In this document: piece by piece, positions 47,734 through 59,537 of the stretch
How positions within the stretch are numbered: position 1 is the stretch's first letter
Layout of the letters: every line of letters begins with the position of its first letter
Assembly: GCA_001599295.1 (NCBI GenBank)
Contig: BCGN01000010.1
Location: forward strand, 124,001 to 188,000
Direction: 5' to 3'
Origin: Sporopachydermia quercuum
Taxonomy: Eukaryota
DNA length: 64,000 nt
Notes under the pieces: generated by a model
The model's input: the letters and a program-made list of their open reading frames with translations, nothing else
Told to the model about the DNA's origin: nothing
Databases searched by the model: none
Made by a program: the position numbers and the translations under genes

Positions 47734-50064
47734 TTACATTTTGTGAATAGCCTCTATTTTGCCTGTTATGATTTGTATTAGTTGCCATTCCAATCTTAGG
47801 ATGAGTTGTAGAATCAAGAAAAATCCTAATTTCTTCTTATCAAAGTACATCTTTACATACCCTTCAAACATGGCAATATGTTCCATTAGTATTCTGATAT
47901 TCGTTAAAGGATCTTTGAAGTTCGTCGTCTGTAAATTTTGTGATCCCATAAGCTGAAATATGTTAGAATATCATTTCAACCTTACCTGAAACACAGTCCA
48001 CAAGATCATTATAGAAATATCCTTACCTGTTCAACATTCAATTTAAATAAATAGAATCCATATTCAAATCTGTAGAAAGGTGCATCTTTCACCCATAAAG
48101 GAAACCTAACATTAAACTATTAGTGTGATGTCCTCGCTATAATAATTCCTTTATTCTAAGGCCTTCCAAGCTTCCCAGCAAATAAAAATATGAGACACAT
48201 ACACTCTATTCACCTTCATTTCACTCACAGGATCAATTATGTATGAATGACTTCCAACCCATTCTATTGGATATCTTAAAGGCAACGACAAATACAAGGA
48301 AATCATCGATACCAGTAAAACCGCATTTCCTAGCGCCACTCCTATCTCTACTTCATCCTGCTTCTCAAAATTTTTTGCATCTATCGATATATTGACAATG
48401 GAATATTGCACTTGCCCTTGCTTCGCTACTGGAATCAGCTCAAAAATATCAAGCAACTTCAACATTATCCTGGACTCTTCTTTCCTTATTAGCACTTTAC
48501 TATTCTCTATATGATTTTTCAGTTTATCTAGCTGGAAACTCTTTGTCATTATATCTTCTGATAGAGATGAGAAAACCCTTTGGTCTGATTTAGCAAAAGA
48601 TTCCCTGTCCCGAACGAAATGTGATAGAATCAATGTATTGTTCTTCAGCATATCACATTTCTGTTGCAATTCATAAATTCTTGTTCGAACTTGAGCAATT
48701 CCATGAGATTTGTTGATGATTTCACGATTAGAAACAACAGGACTATAAGGAATTGCCAGAATTCGGTTAATGATTTGTTTTGATGACTCCGAAGTCTCTT
48801 TAGCATCTTCAATGACTGCTTTCAGATTAGTAAGCTTCATAATAGCATCAAAAGAACAGGACTTCTTAGGCTTCCTATGGTAAGATATTATTGGTGCAGA
48901 TGTTTCCTGCTTTTCATCAAAGGATGTTCTATTGGAATTAACGTCTAGGATATTTTCTTCTGATTCGTTTCTACTATCAGTCATATCTATTATTTCACTA
49001 TTGGTAGCAGAGTTTACCTGCCGATGATGTTTCAAGTCATTTCTTGGAACATCAGATGAAATTAGGTAGAATCCATCTTTCAGCTCAATGATTGGAACNT
49101 TNTGGACGTCTAGTACCGGTAGTTTTTNTAGATCGTTACCCATGAATATTAAATAACGTAAATTGAGGGAGATCTGAGTGAGAATGATCCATTTGTTGCG
49201 ATACTTCACCCACAGCTTTATAGTGAATATCTGCTGCGGAGCCTCTTTAATATGTAGAAGATCTATCGCCGAGAAATAAGGAGCAGTTGACTTATGAATG
49301 ATCTCGCTGATATAGAAAGGTTTCTCATGAGGAGAGTAATGGAAGGTAAAAAAGCAGTCGAGAAAATGTTTTTGGTTGAATTCCTTTAGTCTTTCTTGCC
49401 TCAACGTAGGGCTCATTAATCCAAAGTATGTATCTTTGGTATTCCTTCGTAATCTCGTCCTTCTCGGACTGTGAACGTCTATGCTCTCATTTCGATTTCT
49501 ATTTGGAACTGATACCTGAAGGGTATCCTGCTGCAGGTCATTTATTTTGTCGTCCGATTTCGCAAGGGTTTTAGGCTTATTGAGATTACCAGCTATAGTT
49601 TCGGAATGCAGGCTTGGGAAATCAATTGATTCTGGAACAGTGGTCTGGTGTGATATAGCTGTATTAGGTTCACCTTTTAAAGAATGAGTATCATCATATA
49701 AATTCTGATTATTGTTTATAGCACCTAAAGTTGATAACGATTCAGCCGAATGTATTTTGCTATGTAAATCTAGTTTTTTAGTCAGACTTGGCTTCATTGT
49801 CGACCGATGTTGCGTTATATGATCTTTATGTATGTCAATGTTCAAATTTCGAAAAGACAGGCCAATTATATGTCTAATACGTCTCTGATGTGCACGGATT
49901 ATGGGGTTGCTTCTTGGGGACATAATATGCGAAGAATCTTCTATGGAAGGTGATAGAAGATGGGTTGATAGGAGAAGATCATCAGTTAGGTACGTATCAC
50001 CAAGGATTGAAGGTAGTTCACTTTTACCTTGAACCATTGGTATTGATGGTTCGGCACTACACAT
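47734..50064 (-). CDS. VPS38: PI3K complex II subunit Vps38/UVRAG-like, 719 aa, 3 exons
   Basis: Exons 50064-48203, 48105-48027, 47952-47734 (2160 nt); RRIRHIIGLSFRNL, FYISE, coiled coil, ALG..YLSLPLRYP, spliced RVFPLW..RFEYGFYLFKLNVEQL. Confidence 0.85.
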
Positions 50065-50951
50065 AATTGCAGTTACCTAAATGCATTCCCAGCACTTTCT
50101 CTAATGTTCCGGCTCTTTTTAATGATAAATCATTTGATAGGAAAAGTTCAGTTGATAAATAGAAGGTGACTGTTTGTCAACTGAATGTTCAATTGACAAG
50201 GTTAACGCTCAAGACTTCGTTGAAAGACCAAACACTAACCTATCACAATTACTATTGATATGCTGAGAGAAATAGTCGTCTATATCCAATCCAATCTCAA
50301 ATTGATTCAACAAGCGTGTTATAAATCTAATGTCAACCACTTTATGGCTCTCTCTTACTATCGGTGTTGGATCNNCTACACTTGGGCACAAAACTCTTAG
50401 TTATTGAACAAAAGTTAAACAACACAATATTACCAAGCCATCCTATCTTTTCATGTCAGACATATCCAAGATTGTCTTAATATAAGCAAAATAAAAGATA
50501 GCTCCATCTGTTTCTGCATGTAGAGTATTCATCTTAACTGTTGACATAATGATAAACATTATTATACATAGCAAATTCTCAAAATCGAAGTGATTAATTC
50601 CAAAGTATGTTAGGCCAATTGCCCATTTATGGTAATTAANAATTCAAAAGAGTAAATGCCCTAAACAGATAAAACATAATTGCTTCTTACAGTTACTTGT
50701 AATTATCCATTAACAACTCGAATTTAGTTTGATCAAGCAAGAAACTGATAAGGACTGAATGAATAGATATTGCCATTGTTAATGAGATTTTATGAGAAAA
50801 TGCAGCTAGTGTTGCTCCATGGGAAATTATAATGGATCATAAGTTTTTTGTGTGATTCCTCTTGATATGTAAGAATTTAGCGTTCGCTTTCTAACATGCC
50901 TCTTACGCTGAAGCTTGTAAATGCCGCGTTTTTTACATTCAACGATCAATC

Positions 50952-52081
50952 ATGACCAGTAACTATATGGTAAGTTTTGACATAGGAAACATAATTTTGG
51001 TACATCATTTTATTGAAATATAAGCTGAGATTAACCATTTTATTTTCAGATCTGCTTGGCTCATTTCTGCGAGCAGCATGGCCCTACAAGTATCATGTGT
51101 ACTCAGGCACTTGAGGAAAAGAAAGATTTATCAACNATAAGTCTTGCAACACCACCTGAAGCTGACAACTCAGCATCCGCAATAGGATCAGAATCACCGT
51201 CAGCTCTCAGCTCCAGCTCAACGGTTACATTAAATTCTTCCTCAACAACGCTTTTGAACAATCTCAACCAATCAACAGCCAAAAAATCAACAGCATCAAA
51301 GCCCAGCTGCCAATCATGTGCCCTCATTCTTCCTGAAATTCAAAGAGACAGCAGTAACCATCCAGCAGATACGACCATACGAAATGAAAAGCAGACAGGA
51401 TCCCTAAATACACCCTTAATCTCATCCGAGTGCAAATTCAATCCCGTGTCAATTGTATCGAGAAATACAGAATTGCATTTTGATTTCATAACATCTGATG
51501 CCCCTACGTCACAGAACAGATTTTCTGCCTTGCGGCAAACAGTTGTGAGATGTCTTTCAGTGGAGTATTCTCCTTTAAGAGGATCTAGATTAATGATGTT
51601 TGGCGATACTGCCACTGGTTATACTATTGCCACTACATTTCAAGTTAAAGACTCATCAGCAAGAGGCGAAGAAAGGACATACGCTCTATTATGTNTAGGA
51701 GATTCCGAAGGGGACCTAATCAGCCATTGGGAGTTGATCGTACAAGAGTTCTCTGCTTTAATCACATACATTAAAAATAGAAGAGTATTTATTGATCAAA
51801 GGATAATGTTAAATTTAGTCTCGTCAGCCAATTCAATCAATTCTGACAATAGTGAGAAAAGCTCAATCAGAAGTGGAGGTGGCTTTAGTGTCGATGAATT
51901 AGAAGTATTCAAAGAAGAACGATTTCTACGAAGAAGAGAAGCATTGCCATCAGCTAAGAGTTTGGTTTCTCTCCTTGACGATAGGAACTTATTTCTACGA
52001 ATCCATATATGGGCTTCAAGGTTATTAGCAGTGTTATATAAGGATCAAAAGGGGGACTATGATGAAAGCATAATATTATGA
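50952..52081 (+). CDS. LST7: Folliculin orthologue Lst7, 349 aa, 2 exons
   Basis: Exons 50952-50969 and 51050-52081; MTSNYM|ICLAHFCEQHGPTSIMCTQ, CQSC, RCLSVE, DSSARGEERTY. Confidence 0.92.
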
Positions 52082-52756
52082 ATTTCATTATAATCAACCT
52101 TGTGAACTGCTAATAAGTATTTAAATATTTTTGATTTTATAATAGGGATAAAAACGGTCTACAATCTGCTAATGCTGGAAATTATTAGAATATATATGAA
52201 GAGTTCATTTCATAACTATAAATATATAATATATTATATTCCATACATATATATTATCGGGACATTATGTTCTATTGATAATAATTTCCCTATATCAGTG
52301 TATTCAATATTGAAAATAGGTAACGTATATGTCATTATCAGCAAAATGAACATCTTGAAGGAAATGAGCATCTTAATGTCGAAGGCAAAGTGAATAGCTG
52401 AATATGCATGATTTAATGAGGATAATAATTCCGAATTATGGTTTAGTAACAGAATATAGAGAAATATTTCGATTTTGAGTTACCGTTACAATTGTTGTAA
52501 CTAGTGCTATTATTATAAGGACTCATATTTACTATATCTTACCAGCATGTGAATATCGATATAAATCTGTATGCCTTTGGTTCTGTTTTCTTCTGAGCGA
52601 TACTTCTCCTGTTGCTACTACTAATAGTACCATCACATACATTCACTATACATTCACTATACACACATATAAAAGGCACTAAATCCAATACAACTATAAC
52701 TACAACTAATAAATATCAACATCATCTTCAGCATACAACTTCTGTCAGTTAAATTC

Positions 52757-55198
52757 TCAGGAGTCCTTATTAATACTCCTGCTTCTTGATCTTAGCCTTT
52801 TAAACCAACTTCCTTTACTAGGACTCAAGCTTTCAGTCTGCTGCACTTCTTTACTACCATCATCAACAACTCCAAGGTCAACATTAGGACCAACAAATGA
52901 CCTTCTCCAACGAGACTGTCTTGGCTTATTTCCTGTTGGCGAGCTTGGAGTTCCGCCAGCCGCCAGATTCAAATTCAACGCTTCACTCTCTGATGATAGG
53001 GTTACAACTGGAGGTCTCAAGTATTGTTTGCCTTCACTATTGCTATTATCACCATCACCAGCTTCCACGCCAGAAGTATCCCCTTGAGTAGTTAGTTTCA
53101 AGTCACCTAACAGTTCTGCAGTTTCCCTGTCTTGATGCACGATTGATGTATCTCCTTCTCTTCTAGCACCAACAGGCGTCACTTTGTTGATAGATTCAAC
53201 ACTGGCATTACCATGAGAATACTCCACACTGGAAATGCTACTACGCTGTCTAGAACCAGATACCAATCTATAATTACTAGGACCGCCAGAGCCACCAACA
53301 GAAGAGTTTGANGTCTTTTTGCTTAACTTCAAAGATGCCCGTCTAATAATTGACCCTCCTGACGATTTTGAGCTGTTCTCTGTCTGTTTCCTACTATTTG
53401 ATGGTCCAGCAGATGAAAGAGACTTGGAATGCGGCCTTCCTAACGATTTATATTCCTTAGTTAGCTTTGATGTAATGGAAGGATACGTTTGCTTTGACAC
53501 CGTGACAACAGATGATTCGGACAGAATTCGCTTTCCCAATGTAAAGCTTGGATTTCTACTAGTTTCAGCGGCAGTAGCACTAGCATTAGCACTAACATTG
53601 GTGTCAGCAGCAGATGAATCACCAGATAAAATACTCTCAGTACCAGCAAAAGGCTCTGGTGANGCTAATTCCTGCTGGGAGACTAAACCAAATATCACCG
53701 TTTCAATCCGTGGAAGCAGCTTAAAACTATACTCAATCAGAAACTCCACAACAGATGCTGACATTTGATACTCCTCAGGATTGAGCGCATGATCAGGATG
53801 GGATAAAATACTCGGCTGGAACACTGATGCTAAATTTCCAGCAGGCATTTTGTTCTGCTTGGAGTATTTATCAAATAGGCAAAGCATATCAAGTAAATAT
53901 AGTAATAGCTGTCTGTTCCTTCTAGTGATGGAAGTAATTAGCAGTTCATACTCGTCTAAAGCTTGATTTATTTCCGATAATAGTCTTTTCCGTTTGTTCT
54001 GTCTTTTCCTTAGTCTTTCAGCTTCTTCTGGTGATACAGTAGAATCAGGAGCAGTGTTTGATATCAGATCCCCAGTGTTTAGCTCGTCTTCCAAGTCAGA
54101 GTCATCGTTGTTGGGCTTTGGTTCTGAAGAGCTTGCTTCGATAGCAGAAGGAGATTCGGCGGCAGCATCAGTTGTAGTAGAAGCATCAGGAGCATCATTG
54201 CTAACGTCCTTTTGAGCATCAGGAGCACCAAAGGTCTCTTTTCGTTTTTCGGCTTCAGCATTAGCGATCTGGGTGATCATGCGGGCACTTTTTTTCTTCA
54301 AGTACCGTGCCAGCTTAGGACGGCTTTTCAAGGGCTCTCTAAACTGAGTATACAGACTCAAGGGAACAATTGGCTCAGGCAGCGAATTCAAATATCTTCT
54401 TAAAACACTTGCAGCGTCATGAACGGTAAAACCCTCCCAATTGATATTGGCCCCAAATTCAGGAGGAGATGAAAAAATGACTTGGAGATCGCGAACTCTT
54501 TTGGAAGAACCAGCAACACGGAAAATACCTTGTACATTATAGCCTTTTTCCTTTAGAAACAAGCAACATTTAGAGACAATCACAGGGATTTTAGCATACT
54601 TGAAAGGAACACCGAAATCATCGACAACAGTAACCTGACAGTACGCACAGGAAGTAGCTCTTTCTAGAGTTTGGCCAAAGATATAAGGATCGGAGAACTC
54701 TTGAGACATTGGTAAATAAGGCTTTTCAGCCACCACGCTATTAGAAGATAAAGCGCGATGAGAAAAACTTGGTCTACTGCTGGTTAAGCTATTAGTTGAA
54801 CTGTTGCTTAGAAAAGAGTCTTGTACATCTATTGAATTGGTTGAGCTTTCAGAGTTTTTCTTGAACTGTTTCCACCAGGAGCCCAAAGCAGATTTTGGCG
54901 AAAAGTTGCTATGTTCCTGAGAACCTGAGGAGTTGAAACTCGTGGGAGGCTGAAATTCTTGGTGATAGTCTGGTTGTTGAGATTGAATAGGTACTGGTGG
55001 TGTTGTTGATGTTAATGAAATCTGNTGCGGTTTCTCTTCTTTTGAGCTGTTTTGTTGTTGTTTTTGATTTTGAATTTGATTTGAGGCTTCTTTAGCATTC
55101 TCAAGAGCAAATGTTTCAGCTTCCTGTTTTCCTAAATCAGCTAGTTGCATTGATGGTGATGATTTGATGTCACCCGCTGCTGATATCGAGCTGGACAT
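52757..55198 (-). CDS. SAC7: RhoGAP Sac7/Bag7, 813 aa
   Basis: GIFRVAGSSKR arginine finger, VHDAASVLRRYLNSLPEP, NKMPAGNLASVFQPSILSHPDH. Confidence 0.93.
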   Translation of the reverse strand: MSSSISAAGDIKSSPSMQLADLGKQEAETFALENAKEASNQIQNQKQQQNSSKEEKPXQISLTSTTPPVPIQSQQPDYHQEFQPPTSFNSSGSQEHSNFSPKSALGSWWKQFKKNSESSTNSIDVQDSFLSNSSTNSLTSSRPSFSHRALSSNSVVAEKPYLPMSQEFSDPYIFGQTLERATSCAYCQVTVVDDFGVPFKYAKIPVIVSKCCLFLKEKGYNVQGIFRVAGSSKRVRDLQVIFSSPPEFGANINWEGFTVHDAASVLRRYLNSLPEPIVPLSLYTQFREPLKSRPKLARYLKKKSARMITQIANAEAEKRKETFGAPDAQKDVSNDAPDASTTTDAAAESPSAIEASSSEPKPNNDDSDLEDELNTGDLISNTAPDSTVSPEEAERLRKRQNKRKRLLSEINQALDEYELLITSITRRNRQLLLYLLDMLCLFDKYSKQNKMPAGNLASVFQPSILSHPDHALNPEEYQMSASVVEFLIEYSFKLLPRIETVIFGLVSQQELXSPEPFAGTESILSGDSSAADTNVSANASATAAETSRNPSFTLGKRILSESSVVTVSKQTYPSITSKLTKEYKSLGRPHSKSLSSAGPSNSRKQTENSSKSSGGSIIRRASLKLSKKXSNSSVGGSGGPSNYRLVSGSRQRSSISSVEYSHGNASVESINKVTPVGARREGDTSIVHQDRETAELLGDLKLTTQGDTSGVEAGDGDNSNSEGKQYLRPPVVTLSSESEALNLNLAAGGTPSSPTGNKPRQSRWRRSFVGPNVDLGVVDDGSKEVQQTESLSPSKGSWFKRLRSRSRSINKDS

Positions 55199-57227
55199 GT
55201 TATGTATGTTGTTTCTGTTCTATGTTTTAGGCTGATAAATGAACAAAACTTCAGGATGACGTTATTAAGATCCGATTGTTGATTGACTAATGAGCTTCAA
55301 CGTTTGACTTTAAATACAGTTCTCCTTATTAATTAATAATGTTGATACCAAGGATAAAAACAGTGAGCACTAGTAAACCTAACGTAACTAATTTATCCGT
55401 ACTATTGTGTGGTGGAGGACAAAGAATCTACACAGAAGCTATGCTGCATTTACTTCCGCAAATAAAAACTCAACTTTGTTCTAGAATAGACTATTACTGG
55501 TATTATATCAGCTTGTTCTGGTCAATTTATTCTGCTTGCGATAATAGGAAACCCCAGTGGTTATCATGCAGAGCTCAGTTTTGCAGAAACAATTGTATTG
55601 CAATTGCCTCTTGAGCTTCAGGGCATCTGGTAAAGTGGAAAACAACAGGGAAACTGTAGACAGTTGATGGCGAAGCCTGAGTTTGATATCTCAACAATCC
55701 AATTTATTCTCTAACAGTAATTCAACTGCTATTATATGTTGACAGGTTAATAAAATTGTAATAAGAATGACGATTAAGTATGATATGATATGTGTTGGTG
55801 CAGTAAATAGATACCCTAACAAACATATAGAAGTTAACTAAAGCTTTACCTAACAAATAGAACAGATAGTTATGAAAGGTGCGCGTAGATCAAATCAATT
55901 CAAGTCGATGAAGCTAGCTTTGAAAATATTACGGTTTGAGCTCGAGAAATAATAAGTATCACGAAGTACTAAATTGCAGAGATCGAGCAATATTATTCAA
56001 CAGAATTATCCTTTCAATGTATAGAAAAAAAGCAGGTCAAATAAATATAGAAAAGGAAAATGAATTTGGATGATTAATTCAAGTGGTAAGTGAGATATTA
56101 GGTTGGTGATGCATGGAGATGCAGCAAAAGGCGTCAACTTAAATTAGAGTTGGGAAGATAGTGTCAACATTAATTTGAAATTAATGGGAACTAATTTGGG
56201 AAAGGGGTTGTTTAATGAAGACGAGAATTTGACAAATAGCATGAATGGCTGAACTGTCATCGGTTTGGCGCAAAGAATGAATTGGGAGCAAAACATCAAT
56301 GGCTTAGTTTAAAGAAAAAAAAGAGCATGTTGTTAGTAGATCTCATTTGCTACTCTTCGTTTCCTAGCACCATTAGTCTTCTTACTTCACAACCATTGCG
56401 CATAAAAAAGCGATTGTCAAGTCAATGTGAGTTGTACAATAAGGTTTGAGTTTAATTCCTGTTCAAGGGTATTTCAGTCCCAGAAGAGCCAGCTCACTAA
56501 TATGCAGGCTAAACCAGTGNATTGTTGTTCTAATTTCTTAGCTCGTTTCATGTTTATTTTCTTATGCTCGTAAGCTAAACACAATGGTTGCCTATTTTTA
56601 TTCAATTTATTAATAAACTAAACGGTTGCAACAGAGTTCCAAATTTGTTCAGAAAGTATGAAATTGATACTAAATTCTTACACATTGTTATTCAGACAAT
56701 TGACTTTATGCCTAGTTGCAATTGAGACAGTAGACGATCTGTGTGCAGAACGGACATATATTCTCATAGATAGTATGCTAATTAATTGGTATATGATATT
56801 AGTAGGTGAATAATTGTTGAAGGTTCCGGCAAATGTGGCAATCATTCGGGTAGAACAAAACGATTAGGAAGAGGTCAAAAGGATATCAGTTTATAATACC
56901 TGAGTCTATAATTGAGTATGAAGTGACATGCGTTGAATGGTACGGCTCTTGTTAATGCAGAGAAAACAATTGATATTGAGTTGTAACCAGTGCGAACTGA
57001 TTCCCGTGAGCAACTAACTTGTACAATTGATTGAATGGCGCATACAGTTACTGGCAGTAAAATAAAGATTTTGTAAGCATTATCATTTATCATAATATAC
57101 TAAGTCTCATATATCATACATCAACAGCAACATTGACTATAAACGTGTGTGATACGTGACGGGTTCAATGCAAAGTACTGAAATAAACATAATACTGTTT
57201 GATCTATTGATCCAAAAATAGATCCTC

Positions 57228-58724
57228 CTAATTCAATTGCACATAATTGCCAGGGAAAACACCTTGAACTCCATTCAAAGAACCTGTCCACCAACCATTT
57301 ACATCATCAGTTCTGGCAACGATTTGAATCACGTCACCGGCTTTGAATGTCAAATCACCAGCTGCCTGCGCATTGTAGTCATAAAGCGCGGTACAAGTAG
57401 ATCCAGGGGCTGATCCAGGGGCTGGAGGAGCAGGTGTGTATGTTGCTTTCTCGTTAGGATAGCTTACCGCAGGGGAAGCAGGTTGGCCATAAACTGGACT
57501 TGCAGCTGGTTGACCGTATACAGGAGTTGCGGCGGGTGGTTGACCGTAAGCTGGAGTAGTAGGTGGCTGACCGTAAGCTGAAGTTGCAGCAGATGGCTGA
57601 CCATAACTTGAAGCTGCTGCAGGTGATTGACCATAAGCTGGAGTTGCGGCGGCCCCATATGCTGTAGCCCCAGGGGCTGCTCCTAAAGCTGGCTGTCCAT
57701 AACCTGTAGCTGTAGATGACTGACCATACCCAGGAGTTGTTCCAGCATCATAAGCGCCCTGTGCAGTTCCGCCAGGAGAATATGGAGGTAGTGTACTTTG
57801 ATAACCGGCAGCTCCTGGAGCTCCATATCCACCTTCTGCCGCTTTGTTAGCATACTGTCGTTTTGTCATCTCCAATTTAGCTTTAGCATGACCTACTTTG
57901 AAATGTGTGATGCCAATCTGCTCAGTAACTTCCTGAATGTTACCTCTCTTGGCATTAAATTGTTCAATAATATCTTGACTGAGATCAAAATAAGGTATCT
58001 TCATCTCTTCCATTCTTATATACAAGGTATAGAAAATATTCAACTGCATGTAATAGAAATTNACAAACAAAGGGCGAATGAATTCAGCTTCAAGTTGAAA
58101 TAAAATAGGTAATTCCGTCTTCAGCATATCATTATAGTAATCGTATTCTTGACGAGCCATTTCTACGCTTGCTTCTGCCTCGTACATCTTCTTTTCATCA
58201 TTAGCTTTCCTCTCTTTTTTATTCTGAAGTCTAGTCAATGTACTTGTATGTCGATCTAAATCTAACTGTTTATGATCTCTTTTGGTTGCCATCTTGCGAA
58301 TTGTTTTGATTATTTTCAATAACTCCTCTGCAGGACTAACAATTCTCGTTTCAATTAACTGAAGTTCAGGGCTCAATGTTTGTTGCAAGTCGTTGACAAT
58401 CTCACGATACTGTTCACAGGCTTTAATACCTTCAGGGTTTCCCTCAGGAATTGTGGAATTGGGATCACTCATTCTACCACTGATAGGCTTGTAGATTTCC
58501 TCGATTGCTTTAGAAAACTCAATCTGATGCTTCAGCATACCATTTATGGCTTCAAAATACTTTTTGGATTCATCGTGCAATCTTTTGGTTTCTGTTTCCA
58601 GTTCTTTGAACCTTCTTTCTGCGTCAATATACACAGGATCTTTTGTTTGAGTACCCATATTAAACTTCTGCTTCATGCTTTGCGGCGCCCTCACCACCGA
58701 CTTGGTGAAACCTTTCCACGACAT
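57228..58724 (-). CDS. RVS167: Amphiphysin Rvs167 (N-BAR, GPA, SH3), 498 aa
   Basis: [18 protein letters not shown] start; [20 protein letters not shown]3. Confidence 0.97.
   Translation of the reverse strand: MSWKGFTKSVVRAPQSMKQKFNMGTQTKDPVYIDAERRFKELETETKRLHDESKKYFEAINGMLKHQIEFSKAIEEIYKPISGRMSDPNSTIPEGNPEGIKACEQYREIVNDLQQTLSPELQLIETRIVSPAEELLKIIKTIRKMATKRDHKQLDLDRHTSTLTRLQNKKERKANDEKKMYEAEASVEMARQEYDYYNDMLKTELPILFQLEAEFIRPLFXNFYYMQLNIFYTLYIRMEEMKIPYFDLSQDIIEQFNAKRGNIQEVTEQIGITHFKVGHAKAKLEMTKRQYANKAAEGGYGAPGAAGYQSTLPPYSPGGTAQGAYDAGTTPGYGQSSTATGYGQPALGAAPGATAYGAAATPAYGQSPAAASSYGQPSAATSAYGQPPTTPAYGQPPAATPVYGQPAASPVYGQPASPAVSYPNEKATYTPAPPAPGSAPGSTCTALYDYNAQAAGDLTFKAGDVIQIVARTDDVNGWWTGSLNGVQGVFPGNYVQLN
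57465..57740 (-). repeat. Coding minisatellite of ~27-30-nt units encoding YGQ(P/S)xx repeats in the Rvs167 linker
   Basis: Eight YGQ units in the translation; coordinates approximate. Confidence 0.8.
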
Positions 58725-59537
58725 CTTGTTAATAAGTAGGTAAAATAAAGAACTCTAAGAAGTGATATAATTAATATCACTGGATATTTGCTAATCCTGG
58801 ATTTACGCAATCACTATTTGCCACGAAAACGTATGACGATTTTGTGACAAGCTCTAGTTAATCGGACTCAGATCACAATAACCACCGAAAGAATAATTGA
58901 TATTTAGAAGACAGACTATCCTATAGATAATGTATGCAATCAGTCTTTGATGGATTTTATTATTGACACTATTTACGAGATCAAAAACTATATAATGGAA
59001 CTCAATCAAGTAAAGCATTGATAGGGTACTGGATAGGAATAACAAAGGAGTTCCCGTATAAGTAGGTACTTCTGCCAGGCACATTCAGCCTGGGTGGCTG
59101 AGTCAAATTGAATGTCCGAGAAACTCCAAACGGGACAGATTTAAATATCACGTGAGTTGAATTTAGAGTTTTTGATCTATACACTCTTCCATGACAAAAG
59201 TTATATGAGTCTGACATTTATCACTATAACAATGACACTATAAACAGTTTGCAATCCATTTCTCAATAAGAGTGTTCTTTTGACGGGTTATTTCGATCAG
59301 TTATCAATACTTATCAACGACCGGACGTTACTCGCTTTGGACTGAAGAGTTCTCTTGTATAATCACTATCGAAAGAGACATCTGGCAAGATAGTCAGATT
59401 CTTTCAATTGCCTTCCCCACAGATCAAATCGAATCTACTATGCTATTGACCATTGTAGAATACATTGACACTTAACGCTTTCAAAACAGCATTCACATTG
59501 TTAGTGACATTCAATTGTTATATTTGCTGCATCTAGA

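Noticed and set aside
53319..53768. Antisense ORFs nested in long genes (also 13475-13858, 15902-16330, 21591-22022, 58380-58739)
   Set aside because: Shadow frames of well-supported genes on the other strand
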